From contig DURH01000020.1 of NCBI GenBank assembly GCA_012837385.1, forward strand, positions 297,140 through 361,139: a stretch of DNA of 64,000 bases, read 5' to 3'. Positions 29,912-39,334 of the stretch are shown here, piece by piece. The stretch is from Bacillota bacterium. GTDB taxonomy: Bacteria; Bacillota; Limnochordia; Darwinibacteriales; Darwinibacteriaceae. The stretch's first letter is position 1, and the number at the start of each line of letters is the position of its first letter. The notes beneath the pieces are model-generated. The model ran no database searches, had not been told where the DNA came from, and saw nothing but the letters and a program-made list of their open reading frames with translations. The position numbers and the translations under genes were made by a program.

Positions 29912-30535
29912 ATGCCCATTGGCACCGCCTTATTGCTGATTATTGCCGCGCTGATCTACTTCGGCGTGGGGCAGCGTCTACTGGACCGCCTGCGCTTAAC
30001 CGACACTCAGGCACTCATCGCCATTGCCCTGATGATAGGAGGAAGCTTCATTACTCTTCCGCTCAGCACCGGTCGGACCAGTGTTGGTATCAACCTGGGG
30101 GGAGGTTTGGTTCCCCTGGGCCTAACTGTCTATCTTCTGATCAAAGCTGATACCGCCAGAGAGAGGATCCGCTCCCTTGTGGCAGCTCTGGTTACTGGAG
30201 GGATTATCTATGGCGTAAGCCAGTTCACCGATTTCGACCCTTCCAGTCCCTATCTCTTTATCGACCCGCTCTGGCTGTTCAGCATTGTGGCGGGGATTGT
30301 GGGGTATCTGTCAGGGCGTTCCAGGAGAGCCTCTTTTATTGCCGGGGTTTTGGGCCTGTTTGTGGTGGATCTGATTCATTTCGGCCAAGCACTGCTGTCC
30401 AATATGCCCACCCGGGTAGTTCTAGGTGGAGCAGGTGTGTTCGATGCCATGATCGTCTCTGGTTTAATTGCAGTGGGCTTGGCAGAGTTCGTGGGCGAGA
30501 CCAGGGAACGCATTGAAGGAGGAGGTGAGGAGTGA
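29912..30535 (+). CDS. Polytopic membrane protein (possibly DUF1614-like), upstream of and overlapping spoIIP
   Basis: ATG at 29912 follows GGGGAGGGA. 207 aa, MPIGTALLLIIAALIYFGVGQRLL... The ORF-track start at 29741 overlaps rpsA and the terminator. Confidence 0.65.
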   Translation: MPIGTALLLIIAALIYFGVGQRLLDRLRLTDTQALIAIALMIGGSFITLPLSTGRTSVGINLGGGLVPLGLTVYLLIKADTARERIRSLVAALVTGGIIYGVSQFTDFDPSSPYLFIDPLWLFSIVAGIVGYLSGRSRRASFIAGVLGLFVVDLIHFGQALLSNMPTRVVLGGAGVFDAMIVSGLIAVGLAEFVGETRERIEGGGEE

Positions 30536-31617
30536 TGAAAAGCGATGTTCGCCGAGGCATTGTCATTGCGTGTTTACTTGTTGCTCTCTGCGTGCCCTTG
30601 ACAGTAGGGGCTGAGGAAAGGCGTGACGGCGGCTACTACACACTTGTAGATGAGACCGGAAAAACAATCACCATGACCGGAAGAGAACTCGACCCTGGAG
30701 ACCGCTATATTTCCGCTGATAACCGCTTGTATGAAGTGGTCAATACAGAAGGTGATCTGGTAAGGGTCCGCTATGTGGAAACAATTGATCTGCCGGATAT
30801 CAGTGTGGAGCTGATGGGCGCACAGGTAGCGCAGGCTAAGGAGAGTACCGGTGTGGTAGGGATCTACCATACTCACAACGATGAATCCTATGTACCCACC
30901 AGCGGAACAGAATCCCGTGACGACGGAGAAGGCGATGTACTCGAGGTGGGTAGAGCCCTGGCAGATGCCCTCAAAGAACAAGGTGTGGAGGTTTTTTGGT
31001 CAGATAACAGCCATATCCCCCATGACGGTCAGGCTTATGTGCGGTCCCGGCGAACCGCGGTGGAACTGCTGCAGAAACAACCAGATACCCTCATTGATGT
31101 GCACCGGGATGCAACTCCCCCAGAGGTTTACGAGGCTGAGGTCAACGGCGTACCAGTCACTAAGGTGCGCATCGTAGTGGGCCGGCAGAATCAGAACAGG
31201 GAGGCGAATCTGGAGTATGCCAAACGGATCAAGGCTGCCGGTGACAAGCTCTATCCTGGCATTATCGAAGGGATTTTTGATGCCAAGGGCAACTACAATC
31301 AGGACTTGGGCCCCAAAACAATACTCCTTGAATTCGGAGCCCATACCAACCGGTTGGACCATGCCAAACAAGCTGCCCAGTTATTCGGCAAGGTGATTCC
31401 TGCTGCAGCTGGCCTTGCACCGGGAACCAAGCAGGAGGCAGAGGAGCAAATTGGAGGAGGAGCGGGCCGATCCCTTGTCTGGACCCTGGCAGTGGTTGGT
31501 GTAGTGGGCGGCGCCTTTCTCCTGATCAGTCAGGGCAGAATCGGTTCCCTGGCGGGCTTCTTCCGCAAAGAAGCGGGTCTGGAGGAGCGGGAACATGATA
31601 CGGATGATGAGCAATGA
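30532..31617 (+). CDS. spoIIP: Stage II sporulation protein P
   Basis: Signal/TM N-terminus, VGIYHTHNDESYVPTSG and LIDVHRDA...LLEFGAHTN are typical SpoIIP (amidase-like) blocks. Confidence 0.88.
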   Translation: MMKSDVRRGIVIACLLVALCVPLTVGAEERRDGGYYTLVDETGKTITMTGRELDPGDRYISADNRLYEVVNTEGDLVRVRYVETIDLPDISVELMGAQVAQAKESTGVVGIYHTHNDESYVPTSGTESRDDGEGDVLEVGRALADALKEQGVEVFWSDNSHIPHDGQAYVRSRRTAVELLQKQPDTLIDVHRDATPPEVYEAEVNGVPVTKVRIVVGRQNQNREANLEYAKRIKAAGDKLYPGIIEGIFDAKGNYNQDLGPKTILLEFGAHTNRLDHAKQAAQLFGKVIPAAAGLAPGTKQEAEEQIGGGAGRSLVWTLAVVGVVGGAFLLISQGRIGSLAGFFRKEAGLEEREHDTDDEQ

Positions 31618-32516
31618 AGTACATCTTCACCTTGGTTATCGCTACTCTGGCGGGCTTTTCAGCCCGTTTATACATGCTGCGCCGTGACTACAGGCAGTAT
31701 CCCAGTTACCCTCAGGGCTGGGCCATCCATCTTTTTGTCGGTTTCATCGGCGCCGCAATTGGCGCAGTGATCGTTCCCGCGGTTATGGAGAAGGAGTACT
31801 CCGCGGTCTCTTTCTTGATCCTGGCTGCTTCTCAGTTTAGGGAGGTTCGCAATGTGGAACGGGCTACCCTGGGAGCTATGGAGTCCACCGAAATGGTGAA
31901 AAGGGGGACCGCCTACATTGAAGGAATAGCCAGGGTATTTGAAGCACGCAACTACCTAGCTATCTGGGCGGCGCTTGGTGTGGCCATTGTATCTGAAGTC
32001 TTCTCGGGAGCCATCCTGTGGCGAATTGCCGTCTGCGCGGCCGCTGGCGCCGTCATGGTTCTGCTCTTGAGCCAGCTGATGAGGGGACAACGCATCGGCG
32101 ACATCGCTGACGTCGAACTCACCAAACTTCAGTTCGATGAAGCCCTCTTAAAGGTGGAAGATACGGTCTTGATGAATGTTGGCCTGCCCTCAGCTCGCTC
32201 GGTATACAGGGAGCGGGGTTTGGCGGCGAAAATCATTCCCAAAGGCCCAAACGCTAAGGCCACCCTGGCCAACCTAGGGCAGATGCAGGCCATTGCCCAT
32301 GACGTTTCCTCTATGGTGGGAGTCTACATGGATGTTGGTGAGCAAGAGTTCATTCCCATGGTGCGCAGAAATCCCGCCAGCGGGTGTCTGTATATCGTAA
32401 TGGTTCCTTCTGAAGACGACCAAGATGCCTTTTTGACTGCCATTCGGCATGTGCCGGTCTTGGAAGGAGCTGTGCGCAAGCCCCTTACTTCCGTGGCGGG
32501 AAAGATGATGGATTGA
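31614..32516 (+). CDS. YIEGIA-family membrane protein
   Basis: Contains the literal family signature ...KRGTAYIEGIARVFEARNYL... Polytopic N-terminal half. Position upstream of der, as I recall for this family. Confidence 0.85.
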   Translation: MKYIFTLVIATLAGFSARLYMLRRDYRQYPSYPQGWAIHLFVGFIGAAIGAVIVPAVMEKEYSAVSFLILAASQFREVRNVERATLGAMESTEMVKRGTAYIEGIARVFEARNYLAIWAALGVAIVSEVFSGAILWRIAVCAAAGAVMVLLLSQLMRGQRIGDIADVELTKLQFDEALLKVEDTVLMNVGLPSARSVYRERGLAAKIIPKGPNAKATLANLGQMQAIAHDVSSMVGVYMDVGEQEFIPMVRRNPASGCLYIVMVPSEDDQDAFLTAIRHVPVLEGAVRKPLTSVAGKMMD

Positions 32517-32528
32517 GAGGTAGCAGGG

Positions 32529-32705
32529 ATGAAACTGATTTTGGCTGTGGTAGCACTGGACAAAACACAGGTGGGAGGAGGAGCTCCCATCTTCTTTGCC
32601 CACGATGAGGAGGAACAGCATGAGGTAGCCCTGTTGATCGCGAAAGTCTTGGGCGCTGCTGTGCATGATCTCCAGAATGGGGTATTGGTGGTAGTGCAGC
32701 ATTAA
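32529..32705 (+). CDS. 58-aa small protein downstream of YIEGIA (candidate YIEGIA partner/capping subunit)
   Basis: Absent from the ORF track (below 60 aa). ATG at 32529 sits 8 nt after GAGAGG. My translation: MKLILAVVALDKTQVGGGAPIFFAHDEEEQHEVALLIAKVLGAAVHDLQNGVLVVVQH. It fills an otherwise empty 264-nt gap. Confidence 0.6.
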   Translation: MKLILAVVALDKTQVGGGAPIFFAHDEEEQHEVALLIAKVLGAAVHDLQNGVLVVVQH

Positions 32706-32780
32706 GCAGGAGAGGAGGATTTGCGGAGCAGATAGCGAAGGATCCATTCTAGGATTGAACGCTTCTGAGGAGAGGTTTGG

Positions 32781-34094
32781 ATGAGTAGACCGATTGTAGC
32801 TATTGTGGGAAGGCCCAATGTGGGGAAGAGCACTCTCTTTAACCGCCTGACAAGGGATAAGACTGCGATTGTACAAGGCCAGCCAGGGGTAACCCGGGAT
32901 CGCATCTACGGTGATGCCGAATGGCTTAACAAGCACTTTTCTGTTATAGACACCGGCGGTATTGATAGAGAAGAAGATATAATTGCGCGGCAGGTAAGAC
33001 ACCAGGCCATGCTCGCGGTTGAACAGGCTGATGTAATCATCTTCTTAGTGGATGGACGAGCGGGCCTCACAGGAGTGGATGAGGAGATCAGCCACATCCT
33101 GCGCCGCAGCAGCAAGCCAGTCATTCTGTGTGTAAACAAGGTTGAATCCACAGAAAGTGCTTGGGAAGCGTCTGTGGATTTTTACTCTCTGGGATTGGGC
33201 GAACCCATAGTCATTTCCGCGGAGCATGGGCGGAATATTGGGGATCTGCTCGATGCGGTGGTTGCCCACTTCCCCGAAGACGCTGATGTGGGAGAAGACG
33301 ATTCCCTGAAGATAGCCATCGTGGGGAGACCCAATGTGGGCAAGTCATCCCTTGTGAACAAGGTGCTGGGCGAGGAGCGTGTCATCGTTTCGGATATTCC
33401 GGGAACCACTCGGGATGCCATTGATACTCGGGTGGTGTTCCAGGAGCAGAACCTGACGCTTATTGATACGGCGGGCCTGCGCCGCAAGAGCAAGGTGGAG
33501 GAAGATGTTGAATACTATAGTGTTGTAAGGACTCTCAGGGCCATCGAACGTTCAGATGTCACAGTGGTGATGATCGATGGCACAGAAGGCCTCACTGAAC
33601 AGGACAAGAGAATTGCCGGATACGCCCATGAACAGGGTAGGGGCGTAATTCTGGCCGTAAACAAATGGGATTTGGTGCCGAAGGAAACGAACACCATGCG
33701 TGATTTCGAACGGGAGCTCAAGGAGCAGCTGCTGTTTCTGGATTACGCCCCTGTGGTGTTTATCTCGGCGGCAACAGGGCAGCGCATCAACCAGCTGCTG
33801 GAGCTGTGCCTTACAGTCAATGAAGCACGTAATATGCGGCTGTCCACAGGCCGGGTGAATGAGATCATCCAAGATGCGGTGGCTATGAATCAGCCCCCCA
33901 GCGATAAGGGTGTTCCATTGAAGATCTACTATGGAGCGCAAGTGCAGGTTCAGCCTCCAGTCTTTATCCTGCATGTGAACAGAAAGGATTTACTGCACTT
34001 CTCCTACGCACGCTATCTGGAAAACCGCATCCGACAAGAATACGGTTTTGTCGGCACCCCCATCATGATTGTTGCTAAGGAGAGGGAAGAATGA
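32781..34094 (+). CDS. der: Ribosome-associated GTPase Der/EngA (two GTPase domains plus KH-like domain)
   Basis: IVGRPNVGKSTLFNRL and a second IVGRPNVGKSSLVNKV P-loop. Confidence 0.96.
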   Translation: MSRPIVAIVGRPNVGKSTLFNRLTRDKTAIVQGQPGVTRDRIYGDAEWLNKHFSVIDTGGIDREEDIIARQVRHQAMLAVEQADVIIFLVDGRAGLTGVDEEISHILRRSSKPVILCVNKVESTESAWEASVDFYSLGLGEPIVISAEHGRNIGDLLDAVVAHFPEDADVGEDDSLKIAIVGRPNVGKSSLVNKVLGEERVIVSDIPGTTRDAIDTRVVFQEQNLTLIDTAGLRRKSKVEEDVEYYSVVRTLRAIERSDVTVVMIDGTEGLTEQDKRIAGYAHEQGRGVILAVNKWDLVPKETNTMRDFERELKEQLLFLDYAPVVFISAATGQRINQLLELCLTVNEARNMRLSTGRVNEIIQDAVAMNQPPSDKGVPLKIYYGAQVQVQPPVFILHVNRKDLLHFSYARYLENRIRQEYGFVGTPIMIVAKEREE

Positions 34095-34687
34095 GGCATA
34101 TCGTAGTGATGGGAATAGCCTACCTGTTGGGCAGCATTCCCTTTGGGCTTTTGGTGGGGAAGTGGTGGTCGCGAATTGATGTGCGCCAATACGGAAGTGG
34201 CAATATCGGTATGACCAATGTCCTGCGTACTGCAGGCTATGTTCCAGGTCTGCTCACCCTGATTGGTGATCTGGGCAAGGGAGCGGTCGCTGTCCTCCTC
34301 GCACAGCGCTTCCTAGGTGACCCTTTTTCCAGTCTGCTGGCGGGGACATTTGCTGTAGCTGGCCACAACTGGCCCGTCTTTTTGGGCTTTCGAGGCGGAA
34401 AAGGAGTAGCCACCATTGCAGGTGTTCTGCTGGTTTTTCGCCCTCTGGCCGCGCTGATTCTTTTTGTGATCTGGCTTACAGTGCTCCTGGTGTTTCGCTA
34501 CATCTCTCTGGCGTCCATAGTGGTAGCTGTATGTCTGCCCTTTGTGCTGCTGGTGCTGAAGGTAGGGTGGTTTGAGCTTGGTTTAGCCTTACTGGTGGCA
34601 GTGGTGACCATCTATCGGCATCGCAGTAATATTGAGCGCCTGCGAACAGGCACTGAGTTTCGTTTCGGTGAGAAAGTACGGCACTGA
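34091..34687 (+). CDS. plsY: Glycerol-3-phosphate acyltransferase PlsY
   Basis: GSIPFGLLVGK...GSGNIGMTNVLRTAG...GGKGVAT. Confidence 0.93.
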   Translation: MRHIVVMGIAYLLGSIPFGLLVGKWWSRIDVRQYGSGNIGMTNVLRTAGYVPGLLTLIGDLGKGAVAVLLAQRFLGDPFSSLLAGTFAVAGHNWPVFLGFRGGKGVATIAGVLLVFRPLAALILFVIWLTVLLVFRYISLASIVVAVCLPFVLLVLKVGWFELGLALLVAVVTIYRHRSNIERLRTGTEFRFGEKVRH

Positions 34688-34826
34688 GACAATCCTAACG
34701 CACATGGTTGACAAAGGTTCCCTCAAGTCGGGCTGGCGGTTGGTTATATTTCCCCGCCTGCAGTAATATAGTATACTGTCCAACCTCATGTCGGTGAGGA
34801 CGCCTAGACTTAGGAGGGAAGCCTTA

Positions 34827-36308
34827 ATGGAAAAGTTTAGCGTTTTTTCCCATATCGCGGAGCGTACCGCTGGAAGCATCTATGTAGGCGTGGTGGGACC
34901 CGTACGGACAGGTAAGTCCACTTTTATCAAGCGGTTTATGGACTTATATGTTATGCCTAACATAACTGACATTTATCTCAAGGAACGCACCAGAGACGAG
35001 CTGCCTCAAAGCGGGGCGGGACGAACCATAACTACCACGGAGCCCAAATTTGTCCCGGATGAACCAGTGGAAATCTCGTTTGATGAAGACACCAAGGCGC
35101 GCATTCGCCTGGTAGACTGCGTGGGTTATACCGTGGCTGGGGCCAAGGGTTATCTGGATGAAACCGGGCCCAGGTTGGTGCGCACACCTTGGTTCGACCA
35201 TCCTATCCCGTTTCAGGATGCAGCGGAGCTGGGTACCCGCCGGGTTATCAATGAACATTCCACCATTGGCTTGGTTGTCACCACCGACGGTTCCATTGCT
35301 GATCTACCCCGCAGTGAGTATGAGGAGCCCGAGGGCAGGGTGGTGGAAGAACTTCAAGCTCTGGGCAAACCCTTTGTGGTGGCGTTGAACTCCATCCATC
35401 CCAACAGCCCTGAGACGCTGTCCTTAGCTGAGGAGCTGCGGGAGAAATACGGGGTCACCGTTATGCCCATGGACTGCCTGCGCATGACTCAGGATGACAT
35501 TTTGCGGCTTTTTGCCGAGGTGCTTATGGAGTTCCCACTCCGGGAGTTCAATGTACGCCTGCCGAAATGGGTTCAAGAGCTGAGCCGGGAGCATTGGCTC
35601 CGCCAGGTCTATGAGGATTTGGCTTGGGAAACGGTGGCTCGCTTGAAAAGAGTGAAAGACGTCAAACAGCTGGCAGTGCAGAGGTTTCAGGAATCGGAGC
35701 ATGTGCAGGCAGTGAGCCTGGAAAGCGTTGATTTGGGAACAGGCAGGGTTACTCTCAGTGTAGTCCTGGATAATCAGCTCTTCTACGGTATACTGGCGGA
35801 GATGACGGGCCTGGAGGTGGAAGGAGATCACCACCTGATGCGGCTGATGCAGGACTTGACTGTGGCAAAGCGCGAGTACGATAAGCTGTCTGCCGCGCTG
35901 GACCATGTGCGGCAGACTGGTTATGGAATTGTCATTCCCAGTCTGGAAGATATCACCTTTGAACAGCCCGAGTTGATTAAGCAGGGACGCAACTTCGGTA
36001 TCAAGCTTACAGCCAGTGCACCTTCCATCCATATGGTGCAGGCTAGTATACAAACTGAAGTCACACCCTTTGTAGGAACTGAAAAACAGGGTGAGGAGCT
36101 GATCCGCTCATTAACGGAGGAGTTTGAGCGGGATCCCAATGTGCTGTGGGAAAGAGATTTCCTGGGCCGTTCCCTCCAAGACATGGTGCGGGAAGGGATC
36201 AACAGCAAACTCTACCGCATGCCGGAGAACGCCCAAGAGAAACTGCAGGAGACCTTGACCAAGATCATCAACGAAGGAAGCGGCGGCTTAATCTGCATCA
36301 TCCTCTAG
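34827..36308 (+). CDS. spoIVA: Stage IV sporulation protein A (spore coat basement-layer ATPase)
   Basis: MEKFSVFSHIAERTAGSIYVGVVGPVRTGKSTFIKRFMDL and C-terminal NEGSGGLICIIL. ATG at 34827 follows TAGGAGGGAA. Confidence 0.95.
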   Translation: MEKFSVFSHIAERTAGSIYVGVVGPVRTGKSTFIKRFMDLYVMPNITDIYLKERTRDELPQSGAGRTITTTEPKFVPDEPVEISFDEDTKARIRLVDCVGYTVAGAKGYLDETGPRLVRTPWFDHPIPFQDAAELGTRRVINEHSTIGLVVTTDGSIADLPRSEYEEPEGRVVEELQALGKPFVVALNSIHPNSPETLSLAEELREKYGVTVMPMDCLRMTQDDILRLFAEVLMEFPLREFNVRLPKWVQELSREHWLRQVYEDLAWETVARLKRVKDVKQLAVQRFQESEHVQAVSLESVDLGTGRVTLSVVLDNQLFYGILAEMTGLEVEGDHHLMRLMQDLTVAKREYDKLSAALDHVRQTGYGIVIPSLEDITFEQPELIKQGRNFGIKLTASAPSIHMVQASIQTEVTPFVGTEKQGEELIRSLTEEFERDPNVLWERDFLGRSLQDMVREGINSKLYRMPENAQEKLQETLTKIINEGSGGLICIIL

Positions 36309-36324
36309 CCGCACCAAATGACCA

Positions 36325-36354
36325 GGTGAGAGCATTGTTGTTCTCACCTTTTTT
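36325..36354 (+). terminator. Terminator after spoIVA
   Basis: GGTGAGA-loop-TCTCACC followed by T6. Confidence 0.8.
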
Positions 36355-36423
36355 ACTGCCCGTTAATTGTCTCCCAGGTCACAATATGCTATGTTAATAC
36401 TAGCTGATTGGGGGACAGGGAAT

Positions 36424-37641
36424 ATGGCAGTAATTGTGCAGAAATACGGTGGTTCATCTGTTGCAGATACGGAAAAGGTGATGGGAGTTGCCCGCAGGGT
36501 AGTGGCCACTGCGCGGCAGGGAAACCAAGTGGTTGTTGTGGTTTCCGCCCAGGGCAACACCACTGATGAGCTCATTAAGCAGGCTAAAGCCATTTCTAAG
36601 AATCCGCCTAAACGGGAGATGGACATGCTCCTGGCCACAGGAGAGCAGGTTTCCATAGCACTCCTGGCCATGGCCATCGATGCCTTAGGCCAGCCGGTTA
36701 TTTCCCTGACCGGACCACAGGGTGGTATCATGACTGATACTCAGCATACCAAGGCCAGGATCCGCATGGTGGATGGCGACAGGATCAAGCGCGAGCTGGA
36801 GCAGGGACAGGTAGTCATTGTGGCAGGCTTCCAAGGCAGAACCCAGAACGGAGATATTACCACTTTAGGCCGAGGTGGTTCCGACACCACGGCTGTGGCC
36901 GTGGCTGCCGCGCTGGACGCTGACCTTTGTGAGATCTATACAGATGTGGATGGCGTTTACAGCGCAGATCCCCGTCTAGTGCCTGAGGCCAGGAAACTGG
37001 CGGAAGTGGACTATGGGGAAATGCTGGAGCTTGCCTCTTTGGGGGCTATGATTCTCCAGCCTAGGGCAGTTGAAGTAGCTGCCATCTATGGAGTAACTCT
37101 CCATGTGCGCTCGAGCTTCTACATGGACGAAGGAACCAAGGTGAAAGAGGTGGATTCAGTGGAACGGGAGATCACGGTTACAGGAGTTGCCGCTGACGAG
37201 AATTGTGCCAAGATAACACTGGCTGGAATCCCCAGTGATGTTAATACACTCTACCATATCTTTTCAGCCCTCGCCCAAGCGGGGGTTAATGTGGATATGA
37301 TTGTCCAGGCGGCTGCCTCGAAGAGCACAACTCATCTGAGCTTTACCGTAACAAGGGAGGATCTGGCTGAGACCCTGAGCACTATTGAAAGGCTCCAGGC
37401 CGATGAAGAGTGGGAAGTGCTGGCCGATGACAACGTGGCCAAGGTGTCCATTGTCGGTGCAGGTATGATGACTAACCCTGGTGTGGCTGCGAAGATGTTT
37501 GAAGCCCTGAACGAGGCTGATGTGCCCGTGTTTGTAGTGTCCACTTCGGAGATCAAGGTATCGTGCCTGGTACCCCGGGCATTCTGTGCGGAAGCTGTGA
37601 GAGCGTGCCACCGAAAATTTGAGCTGGATACCGCAAAATGA
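36424..37641 (+). CDS. Aspartate kinase (with C-terminal ACT domains)
   Basis: [19 protein letters not shown]...[15 protein letters not shown]...[16 protein letters not shown]. Start re-placed from 36367. Confidence 0.92.
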   Translation: MAVIVQKYGGSSVADTEKVMGVARRVVATARQGNQVVVVVSAQGNTTDELIKQAKAISKNPPKREMDMLLATGEQVSIALLAMAIDALGQPVISLTGPQGGIMTDTQHTKARIRMVDGDRIKRELEQGQVVIVAGFQGRTQNGDITTLGRGGSDTTAVAVAAALDADLCEIYTDVDGVYSADPRLVPEARKLAEVDYGEMLELASLGAMILQPRAVEVAAIYGVTLHVRSSFYMDEGTKVKEVDSVEREITVTGVAADENCAKITLAGIPSDVNTLYHIFSALAQAGVNVDMIVQAAASKSTTHLSFTVTREDLAETLSTIERLQADEEWEVLADDNVAKVSIVGAGMMTNPGVAAKMFEALNEADVPVFVVSTSEIKVSCLVPRAFCAEAVRACHRKFELDTAK

Positions 37642-37682
37642 CTTGCCTTTTTCTCTAGAACGTGATATCCTTATTATTGCGT

Positions 37683-37760
37683 CGGGGCGTGGCGCAGCTT
37701 GGCTAGCGCGCTACCTTGGGGTGGTAGAGGTCGCAAGTTCAAATCTTGTCGCCCCGACCA
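37683..37760 (+). tRNA. tRNA-Pro (anticodon GGG), CCA encoded
   Basis: CGGGGCG acceptor stem. Anticodon arm CTACC-TTGGGGT-GGTAG (GGG at 34-36, G37). T-arm GGTCGCAAGTTCAAATCTTGTC. 3' CGCCCCG-A-CCA. Confidence 0.9.
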
Positions 37761-37777
37761 TTTATTTAAAGCATAGA

Positions 37778-37806
37778 AACCTACAGCGGAATGCTGTAGG
37801 TTTTTT
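37778..37806 (+). terminator. Terminator after tRNA-Pro
   Basis: AACCTACAGC-GGAAT-GCTGTAGGTT followed by a T run. Confidence 0.85.
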
Positions 37807-37850
37807 AGCAGGATTACCAAATGGTTGTGCGTAATACTCCATAGGGGTCT

Positions 37851-39218
37851 ATGGAGAGGGGGAGGCCATTGCTCAAGAGAACGGTTTGCGCAGTGTTTCT
37901 CGTGATGCTGTTCTACTGTGCATCTGCGGCAGCGTCTTACATAGCCGTAGCAGAACCAGACCTGCACGGTGCCCATGTGGTGGTTGCTGACCTGTTTGGG
38001 CAGGGAGAGCAGAATCTGCTGGTGGGTAAAGATCACAGTGTGTACCTCCTAGAGGAGGGTGAACTCCGCCTGGTGATAGATGAGCTTTCTGGGCGAGTTA
38101 CCGCCTTGGCTGTGGGTGATGTTACCGGAGATTTCCGGAATGACCTCGCGGTTAGTACCGATCGGGGCGGAGCCCTGTACTTGTTCACGGAACGGGACGG
38201 TGTGTGGGAAAGGCACGGCCATGCCCAGTACCTGTGGGATACCATTCACCGCCTGGGGATTCACGATTTCAACAACGATGGCTGGGGAGACCTGGTGGCA
38301 CTCACCGACAAGGGAGAGGCCTATGTCTACCTGTCCTTTGAGGGCAGCCTCTATCCGTTGTGGAAAAGCCCCCCTGGCGAGCTGGTAGTGGGAGTTGAAG
38401 TCCTGGACATAGACGCCGACGGATTTCCCGATTTGATTTATGCCCTCCGTTCAGGCTATGTGGCAGTGATGACCTGGCACGAAGAAGAATTTGCAGCCAT
38501 ATGGGAAAACTATCCTTGGGGCGCAGTGGAAAGCCTGGTGGCCCTGCCCAATTCTGCATCGCCTGAGTGGTTGGTGGTTACCAGCCAGAAAATGCTCTAT
38601 TCCTGGCGCTGGCGCGGCGACGGGGTGGAGGCGAACAGGCAGTTTGAGGCCAATGGCCTGGGAGAGCACCTCATCTATGTTCCCCAAGAAGGGCTGTTGA
38701 GCATATCTATGGTAACAGGGATTTCCCTCTTTGAGCTGCAGTCCTCCCAGGTGGTTGAGAAATGGAGAGTGCCAGGCTTGTTCGGCCAAGACCCCTTTTA
38801 CTACCGAGGCGAGTTCTACTTCCGTGATAGCACAGATACCTACTTAAGATTGGTGGAGGGCAGTCTGCAGTGGCGGTTGTTCGTCTATGATACTGAAGTG
38901 ACCAGTTCAGTGGATTATATGAGCCATAATGGGCAGCTCTACTTTAGCTTGCTGGATTTGGCGGAAGTCTTGGGTATGGAAGTGCACTTCGAGAACGGAT
39001 GGAGAGTGACCTCGGGCACTACTGAAATTGCTCTACCGCCCTCCAGTACTCAAGTGGGTTGGCGAGACCTGTTGATACCGCTGGCCACCGCTCTGGTGGA
39101 GGAAGAAGGAGCTCCCTTCGTACCTAGTGAAGTTCTGACCCTTTTGGGTTGGAACGTGAAATGGGATCTCCTTCGCCAGCAGGTGGTCCTTGTCAGGAAC
39201 TGGGGTTGGTGGTTATAG
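37851..39218 (+). CDS. Secreted FG-GAP/VCBS-repeat protein with C-terminal copper-amine-oxidase-N-like (stalk) domain
   Basis: Signal-like N-terminus. Repeats GDVTGDFRNDLAVS, DFNNDGWGDLVAL and DIDADGFPDLIYAL. The C-terminal YFSLLDLAEVLGMEVHFENGW...VLTLLGWNVKWD resembles the Firmicute stalk domain. Confidence 0.65.
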   Translation: MERGRPLLKRTVCAVFLVMLFYCASAAASYIAVAEPDLHGAHVVVADLFGQGEQNLLVGKDHSVYLLEEGELRLVIDELSGRVTALAVGDVTGDFRNDLAVSTDRGGALYLFTERDGVWERHGHAQYLWDTIHRLGIHDFNNDGWGDLVALTDKGEAYVYLSFEGSLYPLWKSPPGELVVGVEVLDIDADGFPDLIYALRSGYVAVMTWHEEEFAAIWENYPWGAVESLVALPNSASPEWLVVTSQKMLYSWRWRGDGVEANRQFEANGLGEHLIYVPQEGLLSISMVTGISLFELQSSQVVEKWRVPGLFGQDPFYYRGEFYFRDSTDTYLRLVEGSLQWRLFVYDTEVTSSVDYMSHNGQLYFSLLDLAEVLGMEVHFENGWRVTSGTTEIALPPSSTQVGWRDLLIPLATALVEEEGAPFVPSEVLTLLGWNVKWDLLRQQVVLVRNWGWWL

Positions 39219-39334
39219 GTAGGAAGCTTTTCAGGTGAATAGGCAGGAAATTCTGGCAAACTTGTTGAATGTAAGGCGTGGTATAAAAGACTTTATGTAT
39301 CCAACTTAAGGGTTCACTAAGAGGAGGAGAATAT

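Noticed and set aside
34700-34826. Sigma-E-type promoter for spoIVA (TTATATT ... GTATACTGT around 34745-34785).
   Set aside because: The resemblance to the kmATATT/CATACAnT consensus is partial and the spacing is ambiguous. It cannot be supported without a TSS or comparative data.
36309-36423. Possible lysine (L-box) riboswitch or other leader upstream of aspartokinase.
   Set aside because: Only about 70 nt lie between the spoIVA terminator and the start codon. That is too short for an L-box, and no conserved L-box segments were seen.
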